Shown in pieces: positions 10,658 through 20,264 of a stretch of DNA of 64,000 nt; the first letter of the stretch is position 1, and every line of letters begins with the position of its first letter. The DNA comes from Candidatus Sericytochromatia bacterium (GTDB taxonomy: Bacteria; Cyanobacteriota; Sericytochromatia; S15B-MN24; UBA4093). The translations under genes and the position numbers were made by a program. The notes under the pieces were generated by a model that made no database searches, was not told the origin of the DNA, and was given only the letters and a program-made list of their open reading frames with translations. Where the stretch lies: assembly GCA_036676495.1 (NCBI GenBank), contig JAKFCT010000052.1, forward strand, positions 1 to 64,000, in the 5' to 3' direction.

Positions 10658-12841
10658 TTACTTCGCTTTGAGCTCTTGCTGCTCCACGGTGGTCTGGAGA
10701 GTGTCGAAGGTCGCTTCGCTCGCCCGCTTGCCGACGCCGGTGAAGGAGTCGAAGTTGGCGTTGACCGCTCCCTCGATCCGGGAGGTGACGGGCTTCAGGG
10801 GGTTCTTGAGCAGGTCCATGGCGTTGTTCGTCTGGTTGATGCCCTTGTTGATGCCTTGGACCAGGGGGTTCTTGTTCATGAAGTCCACGGCCTTCTCGAA
10901 CTGGGCCATGTCCCGGGTCTTGAGGCCCCTGACCGCACTCTTGAAGGCCAGCTTGCCGGTGAGCTGCGTCTTCTTGGCGTCCTTGCCGAGCTGCTGGGCG
11001 GCATCGCTGAGGGCCTGCTTCGGATCGCGGATGACGCTCTCGGCGCCTTCCTTGAGTCCCTTGAGGTTGAGCTTAGCCTGGCCCTGCGCGACCTCGACGT
11101 TGCCCTTGATGTGGTTGGCGTAGTTCTTGGTGTACTGGGACGGATTCTTCAAGAACGCCTTGGTGCGGCCGAGGCGCGCCACGTCATCGGCGGCCGCGAG
11201 CGGGGCCTTGACGGCTTTCACGCCGTTGACGGCGCTGGCGAAATCCGCGTTGCCGAGTGACCGTGCCACGTCGAGCACCTGATCGGCGCGGGCCGCGAAG
11301 TTGCTGACTTTGGCCATCTTGCTGGTCGCATTGGCTCCCGTGGCCGCGGAAGAGCCGCCGCCGGTGACGAGCATCGGGACGACGTTCGCGGCGATGTAGC
11401 CGGTGCCGTAGGCGACGTCGAACTTGCCGGTCTTGGGGTTGATGAAGGCCTCGTCGGTGAGGGCCTTGCCGATTTGCTTGAGGGTCTCGCCGTCCCCGGT
11501 GGCCACGGCCTTGCCGATGGTGTAGATGCCCTTGGCGGCCTGGGTAGGCTCCTGGATCATGAACTGCAGACCGTCGGTGGTGCCCTTGATCGCGCCACCC
11601 ACGCCGTCGACGAAGCTGTCTCCGACGTCGCCGACCTTGTCGTAGGCCTTCTCGACGAAGTTGCCGGCTTCTTTGCTGCCTTGCTTGACGGCTTTGCCCA
11701 GTTCTTCGGCTCCAAGGGCCTCCAGGCCTTCGCCGATGAGGTTGCCGGCTAGCTTGATGCCGCCGCCGTGGACCTTCCCGGCGGTGTCGGCGACGAAGTC
11801 GATGCCGTCGCCCAGGAGGTCGACTCCCTTTCCGGCAACCTTGCCGACGGCGCCGACGGCGTCACCGACCAGGTTCACGCCCTGGTCGACGATTTTGGCC
11901 GCGCCGCCGAAGAAATCTCCGACCTTGTCGAAGAAGCCTCCGTCCTTCTCGGACGACTCGGCATTCTTCTTCGCCTCCTTGCCCTTCTCGGAACCCGAAC
12001 CCGCGACCTTGTCGATGGCCTTCTGGAGCTTCGGATCGTCCACCTGGCGCAGCTTGGCGAGATTTCCGCCCATCTCGGGCGGGTACTTGTCGAGATCCGG
12101 CTCCTTTTCCAGTTGCTGGGCGAGGGCCTTGGAATCGGCCTTCTCGGCGATCGCCTTCACGTCTTTTTCCAGCGTCTTCGCCACGGGGCTGTCCTTGACG
12201 GCCTTGAGGTCCTTGATGGCTCCGCGGAGCTCGTCGGGGTGGCTCAAGAGGCGCGCGGTCTCGGCCGCCCGCTCCTCGGGCTTTCCTTCGAGGGCCTTCT
12301 TGCTGCCATCGATCTTCGCCACGGCCTTGCCGGCCTTCTGAACCGCCTCGTCGGTCTTGCCGATCTCCTGGCGCATCGCCTTGTCGATGCGCGGATCCTC
12401 GGTGACCTTCAATCGCCCCTGGAGCGTCTTGGATCGGTCGGCGACCTTGGTGACGTCCTCGGGAGTCTTGGCCTTGGTGAGATCGTCCTTGATGCCCTTG
12501 TGCTCGAGCTTGGCCTCATCGGGGCTAATGGGCTCGACCGGTTTCTTGACGGCCTTCTTGACGCCCTTGTCGGCGAGATCTTCGGCAGCGCCCTTGCCGG
12601 TCTTCTCGCTCTCCTTGGCTTGCTTGGCCTCTTCGGCCTGCCGGGCCTTTTTAGCGGCCTCTTCGGCGGCTTTCTTCTTGGCCGCTTCCTCCGCCTTGCG
12701 CTTGGCTTCTTCTTCCGCCTTACGCTTGGCCTCCGCTTCGGCCTTGCGTTTGGCTTCCTCTTCCGCCTTGCGCTTCGCCTCTTGCATGGCGCGAAGCCTT
12801 GCGATATCCGAATGGGGGTGTTGCTTTCCGATTGAAGACAT
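10658..12841 (-). CDS. Large hypothetical protein: AKRKAEEE repeats, Gly-rich amphipathic middle, pre-toxin-TG-like hydrophobic segment
   Basis: 727-aa ORF with host-like codon usage, GAGGA RBS and its own terminator; no signal peptide. Confidence 0.85.
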   Translation of the reverse strand: MSSIGKQHPHSDIARLRAMQEAKRKAEEEAKRKAEAEAKRKAEEEAKRKAEEAAKKKAAEEAAKKARQAEEAKQAKESEKTGKGAAEDLADKGVKKAVKKPVEPISPDEAKLEHKGIKDDLTKAKTPEDVTKVADRSKTLQGRLKVTEDPRIDKAMRQEIGKTDEAVQKAGKAVAKIDGSKKALEGKPEERAAETARLLSHPDELRGAIKDLKAVKDSPVAKTLEKDVKAIAEKADSKALAQQLEKEPDLDKYPPEMGGNLAKLRQVDDPKLQKAIDKVAGSGSEKGKEAKKNAESSEKDGGFFDKVGDFFGGAAKIVDQGVNLVGDAVGAVGKVAGKGVDLLGDGIDFVADTAGKVHGGGIKLAGNLIGEGLEALGAEELGKAVKQGSKEAGNFVEKAYDKVGDVGDSFVDGVGGAIKGTTDGLQFMIQEPTQAAKGIYTIGKAVATGDGETLKQIGKALTDEAFINPKTGKFDVAYGTGYIAANVVPMLVTGGGSSAATGANATSKMAKVSNFAARADQVLDVARSLGNADFASAVNGVKAVKAPLAAADDVARLGRTKAFLKNPSQYTKNYANHIKGNVEVAQGQAKLNLKGLKEGAESVIRDPKQALSDAAQQLGKDAKKTQLTGKLAFKSAVRGLKTRDMAQFEKAVDFMNKNPLVQGINKGINQTNNAMDLLKNPLKPVTSRIEGAVNANFDSFTGVGKRASEATFDTLQTTVEQQELKAK
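12691..12786 (-). repeat. Coding 24-bp tandem repeat x4 (EAKRKAEE)
   Basis: Four degenerate CCGCCTTGCGCTTGGCTTCTTCTT-like units in frame. Confidence 0.85.
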
Positions 12842-12968
12842 GGAAGTTCCTCATCGCCAAGTACGCGCCAGAGCCAACGGGGGCCTAGGATATCCTTCCC
12901 GGATTCCGGGAAGCGTCGTCGGGATTTGACGACCTTTTAATGAAGCGCTATCAAAACCCTGCGGGAAC

Positions 12969-14216
12969 TTAACGCTCGGGCTTCTTGAAGAGGCTCTTGA
13001 GGCCTTTCGGCAGAAGATCGCTGGAGGCTTCGAGCAGCTTCCGGCCCGTGTCAGCGACCTGATCCGCCGGTAGCGCCTCCTTGACCGACTTCGCGAGCTG
13101 ATCGGTCTTGGACTGGACCCAGCCGGTGAGGGCCCCGGTCCCCGAAGGCTGGGCCGACGGGGCGGCATCAGGAGGGAGCGGCCGAGATTGAGACCTCGGC
13201 CAGGCCGGCTTCGCGCCCTCCTGGAGGAGGAAGGACGGGTCCAGCGGCCCGGTTTGCTTCACGGTCGACTGGGTCAGGGTCTCCGGAGGCTGGAAGGCCT
13301 CGGGCTGGGCGAGCGCACCGCTTTCTTCGCCTTCCGAGAGGTCGAACTGGGCGAAATGGGCGTCGATCCGGGCGATGGCCTCGGTGGCTTCCGCGCGGAA
13401 CTCGGCGTCGTAGGCGATCGCCTGGTAGTACCGGCGCGCCTTGCGCAAGCCCTTCCCCGATTCGCAGAGGCGTGCGGCTTCGAGGTAGCACGGCCAGTAG
13501 GTGGGATGCTCCTTGATGGACGATTCATAGGCCTTGAGCGCCTGGGCGAACTCCCCGATGGCCGCGAAGGCCTGCCCCAGACGCTCGTAGATGGGGCCGT
13601 CGACGGTTTCGAGCTCCAGCGCGCGACAGTACTCGACGATGGCCTGGCGGTAATCCTCCTGGAAGAACGCCATGTCTCCCATCAAGAGGATGGCCGGCAC
13701 GTAGTTGGGCTCGCGCTGCAGCAGGTAGTGAAGCTGCGTGGCGGCACGAGGCAAGTCGCTTTGCTGGACCAAGGCCTCGGCAAGGTAATATCGGGCCGTC
13801 GTGCTCTGGGGATCGCGCTGAAGCGCCTGTTCGTACGCGCGGGTCGCTTCCGGGAGCCGCTCCTGAGCGACGAGGACATGGCCCAGCATGAGGCAGGCGT
13901 CGGGAGCGGCCGGATCGCGTCGGCCGGCTTCGAGGAAGGCCTCTTCGGCCGCTTTGTGCTGCTGCTGATGAAGGAGGCTCTCGCCCAGAAGGAGGTAGGC
14001 TTCGGCGGTCCTGCGCACGGAGAGCGCTTGTCGGAGGTGTTTCTCGGCCTCCTGGGGGCGCTGGGACTTGAGGTAGATTCGTCCCAGGATCGTCCAGGCC
14101 TGGCCGCGCTGGGAGAGGTCTCCCTCGACCTGCAAGAGGCAAGCTTCCGCTCCCTCCAGATCACCGTTTTCGAAGAGCCGGATGCCGCGCTCCAGCGCAT
14201 CTTCCTTGCGTGCCAT
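12969..14216 (-). CDS. Tetratricopeptide repeat protein
   Basis: About 8 TPR-like units (AWTILGRIYLK, AYLLLGESLL, ARYYLAEAL); low-complexity C-tail; AAGGAGG RBS. Confidence 0.9.
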   Translation of the reverse strand: MARKEDALERGIRLFENGDLEGAEACLLQVEGDLSQRGQAWTILGRIYLKSQRPQEAEKHLRQALSVRRTAEAYLLLGESLLHQQQHKAAEEAFLEAGRRDPAAPDACLMLGHVLVAQERLPEATRAYEQALQRDPQSTTARYYLAEALVQQSDLPRAATQLHYLLQREPNYVPAILLMGDMAFFQEDYRQAIVEYCRALELETVDGPIYERLGQAFAAIGEFAQALKAYESSIKEHPTYWPCYLEAARLCESGKGLRKARRYYQAIAYDAEFRAEATEAIARIDAHFAQFDLSEGEESGALAQPEAFQPPETLTQSTVKQTGPLDPSFLLQEGAKPAWPRSQSRPLPPDAAPSAQPSGTGALTGWVQSKTDQLAKSVKEALPADQVADTGRKLLEASSDLLPKGLKSLFKKPER

Positions 14217-14279
14217 GCCTCCTCCTTGTCCAAGCGCCCTTATACCCGAAAAGCGGTCAGGGGCTACTCGGCGGAAGGT

Positions 14280-15122
14280 CTAGACGGCGCAGAAACTGAC
14301 GCAGACGGGAACGACGACGAAGGGGAGGAGGGGGAGTGAAGCGACCACCCCCATGCTGGCCAAGGCGAGTTGGTAGGAAAGCGAGGGGCGGGCGACGACG
14401 TCATGCCAGCCATGATCGTCCGCTCCCTGGGCGGAAAGGAACTTCGCGCGAGCCGACCGTAATGCCTGATCGCTGCCCAGTGCGGTCACGACCGCCCGGT
14501 CGGCCGCATCTTCCATGGCCGCTTCGAGGCGATCCCAGGCTCCCTTGGCTCCGGGGACTCCCTTCAAGGCATCGAAGAAGCCGGATCCCCACCAGCGCAT
14601 CAGGCGATCGTCGCCGCGCATATGGGCCAGCTCATGCGTGACCAGGGCGTCCCATTCCTCCGCGTCGAGCTGATCGAAGACCCAGGTGGAGACCACCAGC
14701 GTGGGGCGCTTGCCGAGCACCGCGAAGGCGAGCGGAGTGTCGAGCGGGATGGCGCGCAGGTCGGGGACCGGCGCGCCCAGATTGTCGGCCAGCCGACGCA
14801 GCGCGTCGAGCCGCTCGGGATCCTCCACGTCCATGGAGGCGGCATCGGCGAGCCGCTGGGCCCGCCGCGTGCGGTACACGTTGCCGGCCATCCCGGCGAT
14901 CAAGGCTCCCGTGCTCAGGACGGCCATGCTCGCCCCGATCACCATCCACGAGGCGGAGAGGTGCGTGCATCCCGCCCATGTCATGACGGCCAGGCCCAGG
15001 CCGAGGGTGAGGAGCAACGAGACGGGAAGGCCCAAAATAGCCAGGGAAGCGGCTCCGCGCACCGTCAGGTCTTGGCGGGCGTTGAGCGGGGGCTGAGGGC
15101 CGGCGGAAGGGGCGGGGATCAT
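14280..15122 (-). CDS. BlaR1/M56-M48-like membrane zinc metallopeptidase
   Basis: Two N-terminal TM segments, PLAFAV, THELAH (HExxH), EDAADR; ATG overlaps the blaI-like stop (ATGA). Confidence 0.85.
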   Translation of the reverse strand: MIPAPSAGPQPPLNARQDLTVRGAASLAILGLPVSLLLTLGLGLAVMTWAGCTHLSASWMVIGASMAVLSTGALIAGMAGNVYRTRRAQRLADAASMDVEDPERLDALRRLADNLGAPVPDLRAIPLDTPLAFAVLGKRPTLVVSTWVFDQLDAEEWDALVTHELAHMRGDDRLMRWWGSGFFDALKGVPGAKGAWDRLEAAMEDAADRAVVTALGSDQALRSARAKFLSAQGADDHGWHDVVARPSLSYQLALASMGVVASLPLLPFVVVPVCVSFCAV

Positions 15123-15502
15123 GATGGATTCTGGTTGACGGCCCGGGCGAAGTGGGCGATGGCCGGGGCGCTGAAGTCCTTCATGAGCTCGGCGACGATG
15201 CGGCCGACCGCTTGCTCGGTGAACTGCTCGTAGGACTGGGCGGCACGGTACAGATGGGCCTTTCCGCTCTTTTCCGCCTGCAGCAGGCCCTTGCGGGCGA
15301 GGTTGCCCATGACGGTCATGACCGTCGTGTACGCGATCTTGCGGGAGGCTTCGAGGTCCTGGTGGATCTCGCGGACCGTCACCTCGGTGTCGCCGCGCTC
15401 CCAAACGGCCTGCATGATGTCGGCTTCGAGATCGCCCAGGAGCTTGCGAAGGCCGGGACGCCCGGTATGAAAGGTGCTGGCTTCGGATTCGAAAAGCGAC
15501 AT
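15119..15502 (-). CDS. BlaI/MecI/CopY family transcriptional repressor
   Basis: LGDLEADIMQAVW, IAYTTVMTVMGNLARKGLL, HLYRA. Confidence 0.95.
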   Translation of the reverse strand: MSLFESEASTFHTGRPGLRKLLGDLEADIMQAVWERGDTEVTVREIHQDLEASRKIAYTTVMTVMGNLARKGLLQAEKSGKAHLYRAAQSYEQFTEQAVGRIVAELMKDFSAPAIAHFARAVNQNPS

Positions 15503-15539
15503 GGCGGCTCCTTGGGGGTTCTCCGTCGCGGGAGTGGCC

Positions 15540-15590
15540 TACGTAGCGGACTCGTACGAGGCATGGTCGTAGATAGGATGATTATACCCG
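15540..15590 (-). promoter_or_regulatory. blaI-like promoter (-10 TATAAT) with two tandem TACG-N9-CGTA palindromes
   Basis: Minus-strand GGGTATAAT at 15589-15581; palindromes at 15540-15556 and 15555-15571; BlaI/CopY operators are TAC..GTA-type palindromes. Confidence 0.6.
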
Positions 15591-15727
15591 AAAGCGGGCG
15601 TCATGGACCGGGATCCCCCGTTTCTACGGATGGCGCTCGCTCGCTTTCTTGACATAATCATCCTGAGCCTTGCGTGGACCCGGAGGGATGAATTCAGGCC
15701 GCTTGCCGCCTGAGCCAGGAGCCGATC

Positions 15728-18700
15728 ATGACGACCTCTCGTCAATTTCCCCCGAGCATGCTGGCGGCCTCCGAGGGGGAGCGGGAATTCGATCCCTTGG
15801 ATCCGGGAGACGATCGTCTCGCGCTGGCTCAGCTCAACGAGGAGCTTCAGACCCAGCTGGCCGAGGTGGAAATGATCCAGGAGGCGCTCGCTCAGAGCGA
15901 AGCCAGCCTTGCCAATGCCCAGCGGATCGCCCATCTCGGAAACTGGGACTGGAACATCGTCACCAACGACCTCTACTGGTCGGATGAAATCTACCGGATC
16001 TTCGGCCTGACTCCCCGGAGCTTCCCGGGCACCTACCCGGCTTTCTTGAATACCATTCATCCCGAGGATCGCCCGGGGGTCGAGGAGGCCGTCAACACGG
16101 CTCTTGCCCATGGCAAGCCCTACAGCATCGATCACCGCATCGTCCTTCCCGACGGCCGCCACCGCATCGTGCACGAGCAGGCCGAGATCACCTTCGACCC
16201 GCAGGGAAACCCCGTGATGATGTGCGGCACGGTCCAGGACATCACCGCTTTCCGGGAGGCCGAGGTGGCCCTGCGGCAGAGCGAAGCCATGGTTCGCTTC
16301 ATCACGGATCATGTCCAGGACATCCTCTTCCGCTATCGCTTGCACCCCACGCGCGCGTTCGAGTATTTGAGTCCCGCTTGCACGGCGATCACGGGCTACT
16401 CCCCCGAGGAGCACTACGCGAATCCCGATCTCTACCTCGAGCGCATGCATGAGGAGGATCTCAAGCGACTTCGGAACTGGCAAAACGAGTCTCTCGCCAG
16501 CCTCATCTCCTTCCGCATCCGGCGCAAGGACGGCCGGATCGTCTGGCTGGAACAGAGCCAGGCCCCCACGCGGGATTCGGAGGGCCGGATCATCTCGATC
16601 GAAGGGGTCATCCGGGATGTGAGCGAACGCAAGGCCATGGAAGCCGCGGTCCTCGCGCACCGCGACTTCCTGGAACTCATGGCGCAGATTGACGAGATGG
16701 CGCTGTCCGGAAAAAGCACCCGGGAGATCCTCCTTGTCATCTGCGAGCGCCTGGTAGAGATCCTTCGCTATCCCCTCGTCCTGATCGGGATGAAGCAGCC
16801 TGATGGCTCCGTCGGCGTCCATTCTCACAGCGGGAGCGCGCAGTACCTGGCCGGTCTCTCATTGCGCTGGGACGAAACGCCTGAGGGACAGGGGCCGACC
16901 GGACGCGCGATCCGGAGCAAAGCGCCTCAGGTCGTCCGGGTGGATGAGCCTGCTTTCGAGGCGTGGCGATCGCGGGCCGAGCAAGCCGGCTTTCAGGCTT
17001 GCCTCTCGGTGCCCTTGCTGGTCGAGGGAGATTGCATCGGGGTGATCAACTTCTACGCGCTGGAGGCCCATGCCTTCGACGCTGCGGTGATTCACCGGCT
17101 GCAGGCTATCTCGGAGCGGATCAGCCTGGCTGTCCTGATGGCCCGTCATCAGGACCAGCTCTATCTTCAGAGCGCCGCCATCGAGGCGGCGGCCGACGGA
17201 ATTTTCATCACGGATGACCTGGGCCGGATCGAATGGGCCAACTCCGCCCTCTTGCGCCTGGCGGGATACACCGCGGACGAACTGGTCGGCCGGCGGCCCG
17301 TTTTCTTCAACTCGGGGCACCATGGGCCGGCCTTCTACCGGGAAATCATGGAGACCGTTCGCGCCAAGGAGGCCTGGGAGGGGGAGTTCGTGCTGCATCG
17401 TCGCGGGGGAGGCGTGCTGAACATCCACGCGACGGCTTCCTTCGTTCAGGCGGGCGAGAGCCACGTGATATTCATCATGCAGGACATCTCGGAGAGCCGG
17501 AAGGCCAAACAAAAGATCCAGCACATGGCCTTGCACGATCCGCTCACGCAGCTTCCCAACCGCAATCTCTTCCAGAGCCGCCTCCGGCAGGCCGTGGCCC
17601 ATTCGAAACGCTCGGAGCGCATGTTCGCCGTGCACGTGGTCGATCTCGATCACTTCAAGCTGATCAACGACACGCATGGCCACGACGTCGGGGACGAGGT
17701 GCTGCGGATCGTCTCGGAGCGCTTGCTCTCCTCCATCCGGGAAGGGGACGTGCTGGCGCGGCTGGGAGGAGACGAATTCGCCGTCATCCAGCCGAACCTC
17801 CAGCATTTCCAGGAGGCCGAGGCGCTGGCTCACAAGCTCTTGGGCGTCCTCGCGACGCCCGTGTTCGCGAACGGCTACCAGTTCCGTTTCACGGGCAGCG
17901 CGGGCATCTCGCTCTTTCCCACGGATGATGCCGAGCCCGAGCAACTCCTCAAGGACGCCGATCTCGCCCTCTACAAGGCCAAGGACCTGGGCCGCAACAA
18001 TTACCAGTTCTTCTCTCCGGAGCTCAACGAGACGGCTCAGAAACGTCTGAAGCTCGAAGGAGATCTGCGGGAGGCCTTGAGGCGCTCGGAGTTCCTGCTG
18101 CATTACCAGCCCCGCCTGTCGCTGCGGACGGGCCACGTGGTGGGCCTGGAAGCCCTGATTCGCTGGCGCCATCCGGAGCGGGGCATGGTGCCACCGTCGG
18201 ATTTCATCCCGGTGGCGGAGGAAACCGGCCTCATCCTTCCCATCGGGGAATGGGTCTTGCGCGAGGCATGCCGTCAGATGCGCGCCTGGCGAGAGGCGGG
18301 CCTTCCAAGCATCCGGGTGGCGGTCAACCTGTCCGCGGTGCAGTTCAACCAGCTGCACCAGAACGAGCTCTTGGACCTGATCCGCAACGTCCTGACGGAG
18401 TTCGACCTCGAGCCCAGTTGCCTGGAGCTCGAGCTGACCGAGAGCATGCTGATGCGGCAGCGGGACGGAGTGCTGGACACGTTGGAGCGTTTGCGGGCGC
18501 TAGGAGTCAGCCTCGCGATCGACGATTTCGGAACCGGCTACTCGAGCCTGAATTACCTGAGCCGTTTCCCGATTCACGTCCTGAAGATCGATCGCAGCTT
18601 CATCCAGCAAGCGCTCGAAAGCATTCGCGATCGCTCGCTGGTGCAAGCGGTCATCTCGATGGGCCACAGCCTGAACCTGCAAGTGCTCGCGGAAGGGGTC

Positions 18701-18829
18701 GAGACGAGCGAGCAGCTGGCGTTCCTCGTCGAGCAGGGCTGTGACGAGATTCAGGGCTACTACTTCAGCCCCCCGGTGCATCCCGAGCGGGTGCCGGAGC
18801 TGCTGGACAAGGAGCTTGCCCGGGCGTGA
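15728..18829 (+). CDS. PAS-PAS-GAF-PAS-GGDEF-EAL c-di-GMP cyclase/phosphodiesterase
   Basis: PAS (IHPED, GNWDW), GAF, intact GGDEF with REGD I-site, EALIRW and DDFGTGYSSL. Confidence 0.95.
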   Translation: MTTSRQFPPSMLAASEGEREFDPLDPGDDRLALAQLNEELQTQLAEVEMIQEALAQSEASLANAQRIAHLGNWDWNIVTNDLYWSDEIYRIFGLTPRSFPGTYPAFLNTIHPEDRPGVEEAVNTALAHGKPYSIDHRIVLPDGRHRIVHEQAEITFDPQGNPVMMCGTVQDITAFREAEVALRQSEAMVRFITDHVQDILFRYRLHPTRAFEYLSPACTAITGYSPEEHYANPDLYLERMHEEDLKRLRNWQNESLASLISFRIRRKDGRIVWLEQSQAPTRDSEGRIISIEGVIRDVSERKAMEAAVLAHRDFLELMAQIDEMALSGKSTREILLVICERLVEILRYPLVLIGMKQPDGSVGVHSHSGSAQYLAGLSLRWDETPEGQGPTGRAIRSKAPQVVRVDEPAFEAWRSRAEQAGFQACLSVPLLVEGDCIGVINFYALEAHAFDAAVIHRLQAISERISLAVLMARHQDQLYLQSAAIEAAADGIFITDDLGRIEWANSALLRLAGYTADELVGRRPVFFNSGHHGPAFYREIMETVRAKEAWEGEFVLHRRGGGVLNIHATASFVQAGESHVIFIMQDISESRKAKQKIQHMALHDPLTQLPNRNLFQSRLRQAVAHSKRSERMFAVHVVDLDHFKLINDTHGHDVGDEVLRIVSERLLSSIREGDVLARLGGDEFAVIQPNLQHFQEAEALAHKLLGVLATPVFANGYQFRFTGSAGISLFPTDDAEPEQLLKDADLALYKAKDLGRNNYQFFSPELNETAQKRLKLEGDLREALRRSEFLLHYQPRLSLRTGHVVGLEALIRWRHPERGMVPPSDFIPVAEETGLILPIGEWVLREACRQMRAWREAGLPSIRVAVNLSAVQFNQLHQNELLDLIRNVLTEFDLEPSCLELELTESMLMRQRDGVLDTLERLRALGVSLAIDDFGTGYSSLNYLSRFPIHVLKIDRSFIQQALESIRDRSLVQAVISMGHSLNLQVLAEGVETSEQLAFLVEQGCDEIQGYYFSPPVHPERVPELLDKELARA

Positions 18830-18974
18830 AGCGTCCAGAACTCGAAACAAAGCGCCTGCGAGCGAGAGGCGGCAGCCATGGGGCCCTAACCCCCTTTTCG
18901 CTTGGCTTGACGGCTGAGGGCGAGGATCCTATTCTGAGGATCTAAGGCACAGCGTTGCCGGGAGCCACCTCACT

Positions 18975-19928
18975 GTGAACGCCCATCCGAACTTCGTCCC
19001 CCTGCTGAGCCGTAGTGAGCTGGCCCTGGTCGTCGTGACCATGATCTGGGGGGCGACCTTTCTCGTCATCCACAACGCGCTTGCCGTCAGCGGCCCGCTC
19101 TTTTTCGTCGGGAGCCGGTATGCCTGCGCGGCCCTGTTGACGACGCTGCTATCGCTGAGGATCCTGCGCGGCCTCACCCGCCGCGAGCTCATGGCCGGGT
19201 TCGCGATCGGGCTCAGCCTCTTTGCCGGCTACTCGTTGCAGACCTACGGCCTGCAGACGATATCCAGCAGCAAATCCGCCTTCATCACCGCGCTTTACGT
19301 GCCGCTGGTCCCGTTGTTCCAGTGGGTCATCCTCAAGCGGCCTCCCCACCTGATGAGCTGGGTGGGCATCACCTTCGCGTTCGGCGGCCTCATGCTGCTC
19401 GCGGGACCGGAGGGAAGCGCCATCGGCCTCGGGCGGGGGGAAGTCCTGACCGTGGCGGCGGCGCTGGCGATCGCCCTCGAGATCATCCTCATCAGCAAGT
19501 TCGCCGGAGAGGTGGATGTCCGGCGGGTCACCGTCGTGCAACTCGCCGTCACCGCGCTCATCTCCTTCGCGGCGATGCCGGTGGCCGGCGAGGGGATCCC
19601 CGAGTTCACCTGGTTGCTAGCCTTGAGCGCGGGAGGCATGGGCCTCGCGAGCACGTTGATTCAGCTGATCATGAACTGGGCGCAGCAGCGGGTCTCGCCG
19701 ACGCGCGCCACCCTGATTTATGCGGGCGAGCCCGTCTGGGCCGGCATCATCGGGCGCATCGCCGGGGAGCGACTTCCTCCGCTGGCTTTGTTTGGCGGGG
19801 CCTTGATCGTCATGGGCGTCATCGTCAGCGAGTGGCGCCCGAAGCGCAAAGGGAGCGACCGCGCGGGCCTCATGCAAAGCCCTTCGACCCAGATTGTCTC
19901 AGGCGAGGTACCCGCCGAGAGCCCTTGA
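18975..19928 (+). CDS. EamA/DMT family transporter
   Basis: About 10 TM; IWGATF, SKSAFIT, RATLIYAGEPVWA. Confidence 0.92.
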   Translation: MNAHPNFVPLLSRSELALVVVTMIWGATFLVIHNALAVSGPLFFVGSRYACAALLTTLLSLRILRGLTRRELMAGFAIGLSLFAGYSLQTYGLQTISSSKSAFITALYVPLVPLFQWVILKRPPHLMSWVGITFAFGGLMLLAGPEGSAIGLGRGEVLTVAAALAIALEIILISKFAGEVDVRRVTVVQLAVTALISFAAMPVAGEGIPEFTWLLALSAGGMGLASTLIQLIMNWAQQRVSPTRATLIYAGEPVWAGIIGRIAGERLPPLALFGGALIVMGVIVSEWRPKRKGSDRAGLMQSPSTQIVSGEVPAESP

Positions 19929-19934
19929 ATGCGA

Positions 19935-19968
19935 AAGCGAGTTCCTGCACCGAGGCAAGAACTCGCTT
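19935..19968. terminator. Hairpin terminator between EamA gene and tRNA-Thr
   Basis: AAGCGAGTTC.TGC-accgag-GCA.GAACTCGCTT between convergent units. Confidence 0.7.
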
Positions 19969-19977
19969 GAAATCAAG

Positions 19978-20049
19978 AGCCGGTGACAGGACTCGAACCC
20001 GCAACCCCCTGATTACAAATCAGGAGCACTACCATTGTGCTACACCGGC
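19978..20049 (-). tRNA. tRNA-Thr(TGT), CCA not encoded
   Basis: Reverse complement GCCGGTGTAGCACAATGGTAGTGCTCCTGATTTGTAATCAGGGGGTTGCGGGTTCGAGTCCTGTCACCGGCT folds as a cloverleaf: acceptor GCCGGTG/CACCGGC, anticodon arm CCTGA-TTTGTAA-TCAGG, GGTTCGA T-loop. Confidence 0.97.
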
Positions 20050-20165
20050 ACGTTTTCGCATCTTAACACCCCGCTTCTCCGAAGGCAATAAACCTGGCAT
20101 GCCAGGTATCGAGCGGCACTCTGGTTCTGCTCGCTCCTCAACGAACGTTTACTACAGCCCTTCCC

Positions 20166-20264
20166 TTAGCAACAGGTACCCCTGGTCCTGAGGGCGAGTC
20201 CAGGCATGCGCGAGAGCAGGCGGGCATTGAGGCCCACCACGTTCAGGACGACGGTCCGTCTCAC
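20166..20264 (-). pseudogene. eboF: 5' remnant of eboF-like alkaline phosphatase/nucleotide pyrophosphatase gene
   Basis: GTG overlapping the eboE stop (GTGA) reads MRRTVVLNVVGLNARLLSRMP..., matching the recalled EboF N-terminus (TVVLNVVGL); stops after 32 codons. Confidence 0.75.

Noticed and set aside
15600-20049. Genomic island integrated at tRNA-Thr (GGDEF-EAL and EamA as cargo)
   Set aside because: No integrase, and I found no duplicate of the tRNA 3' end in the window
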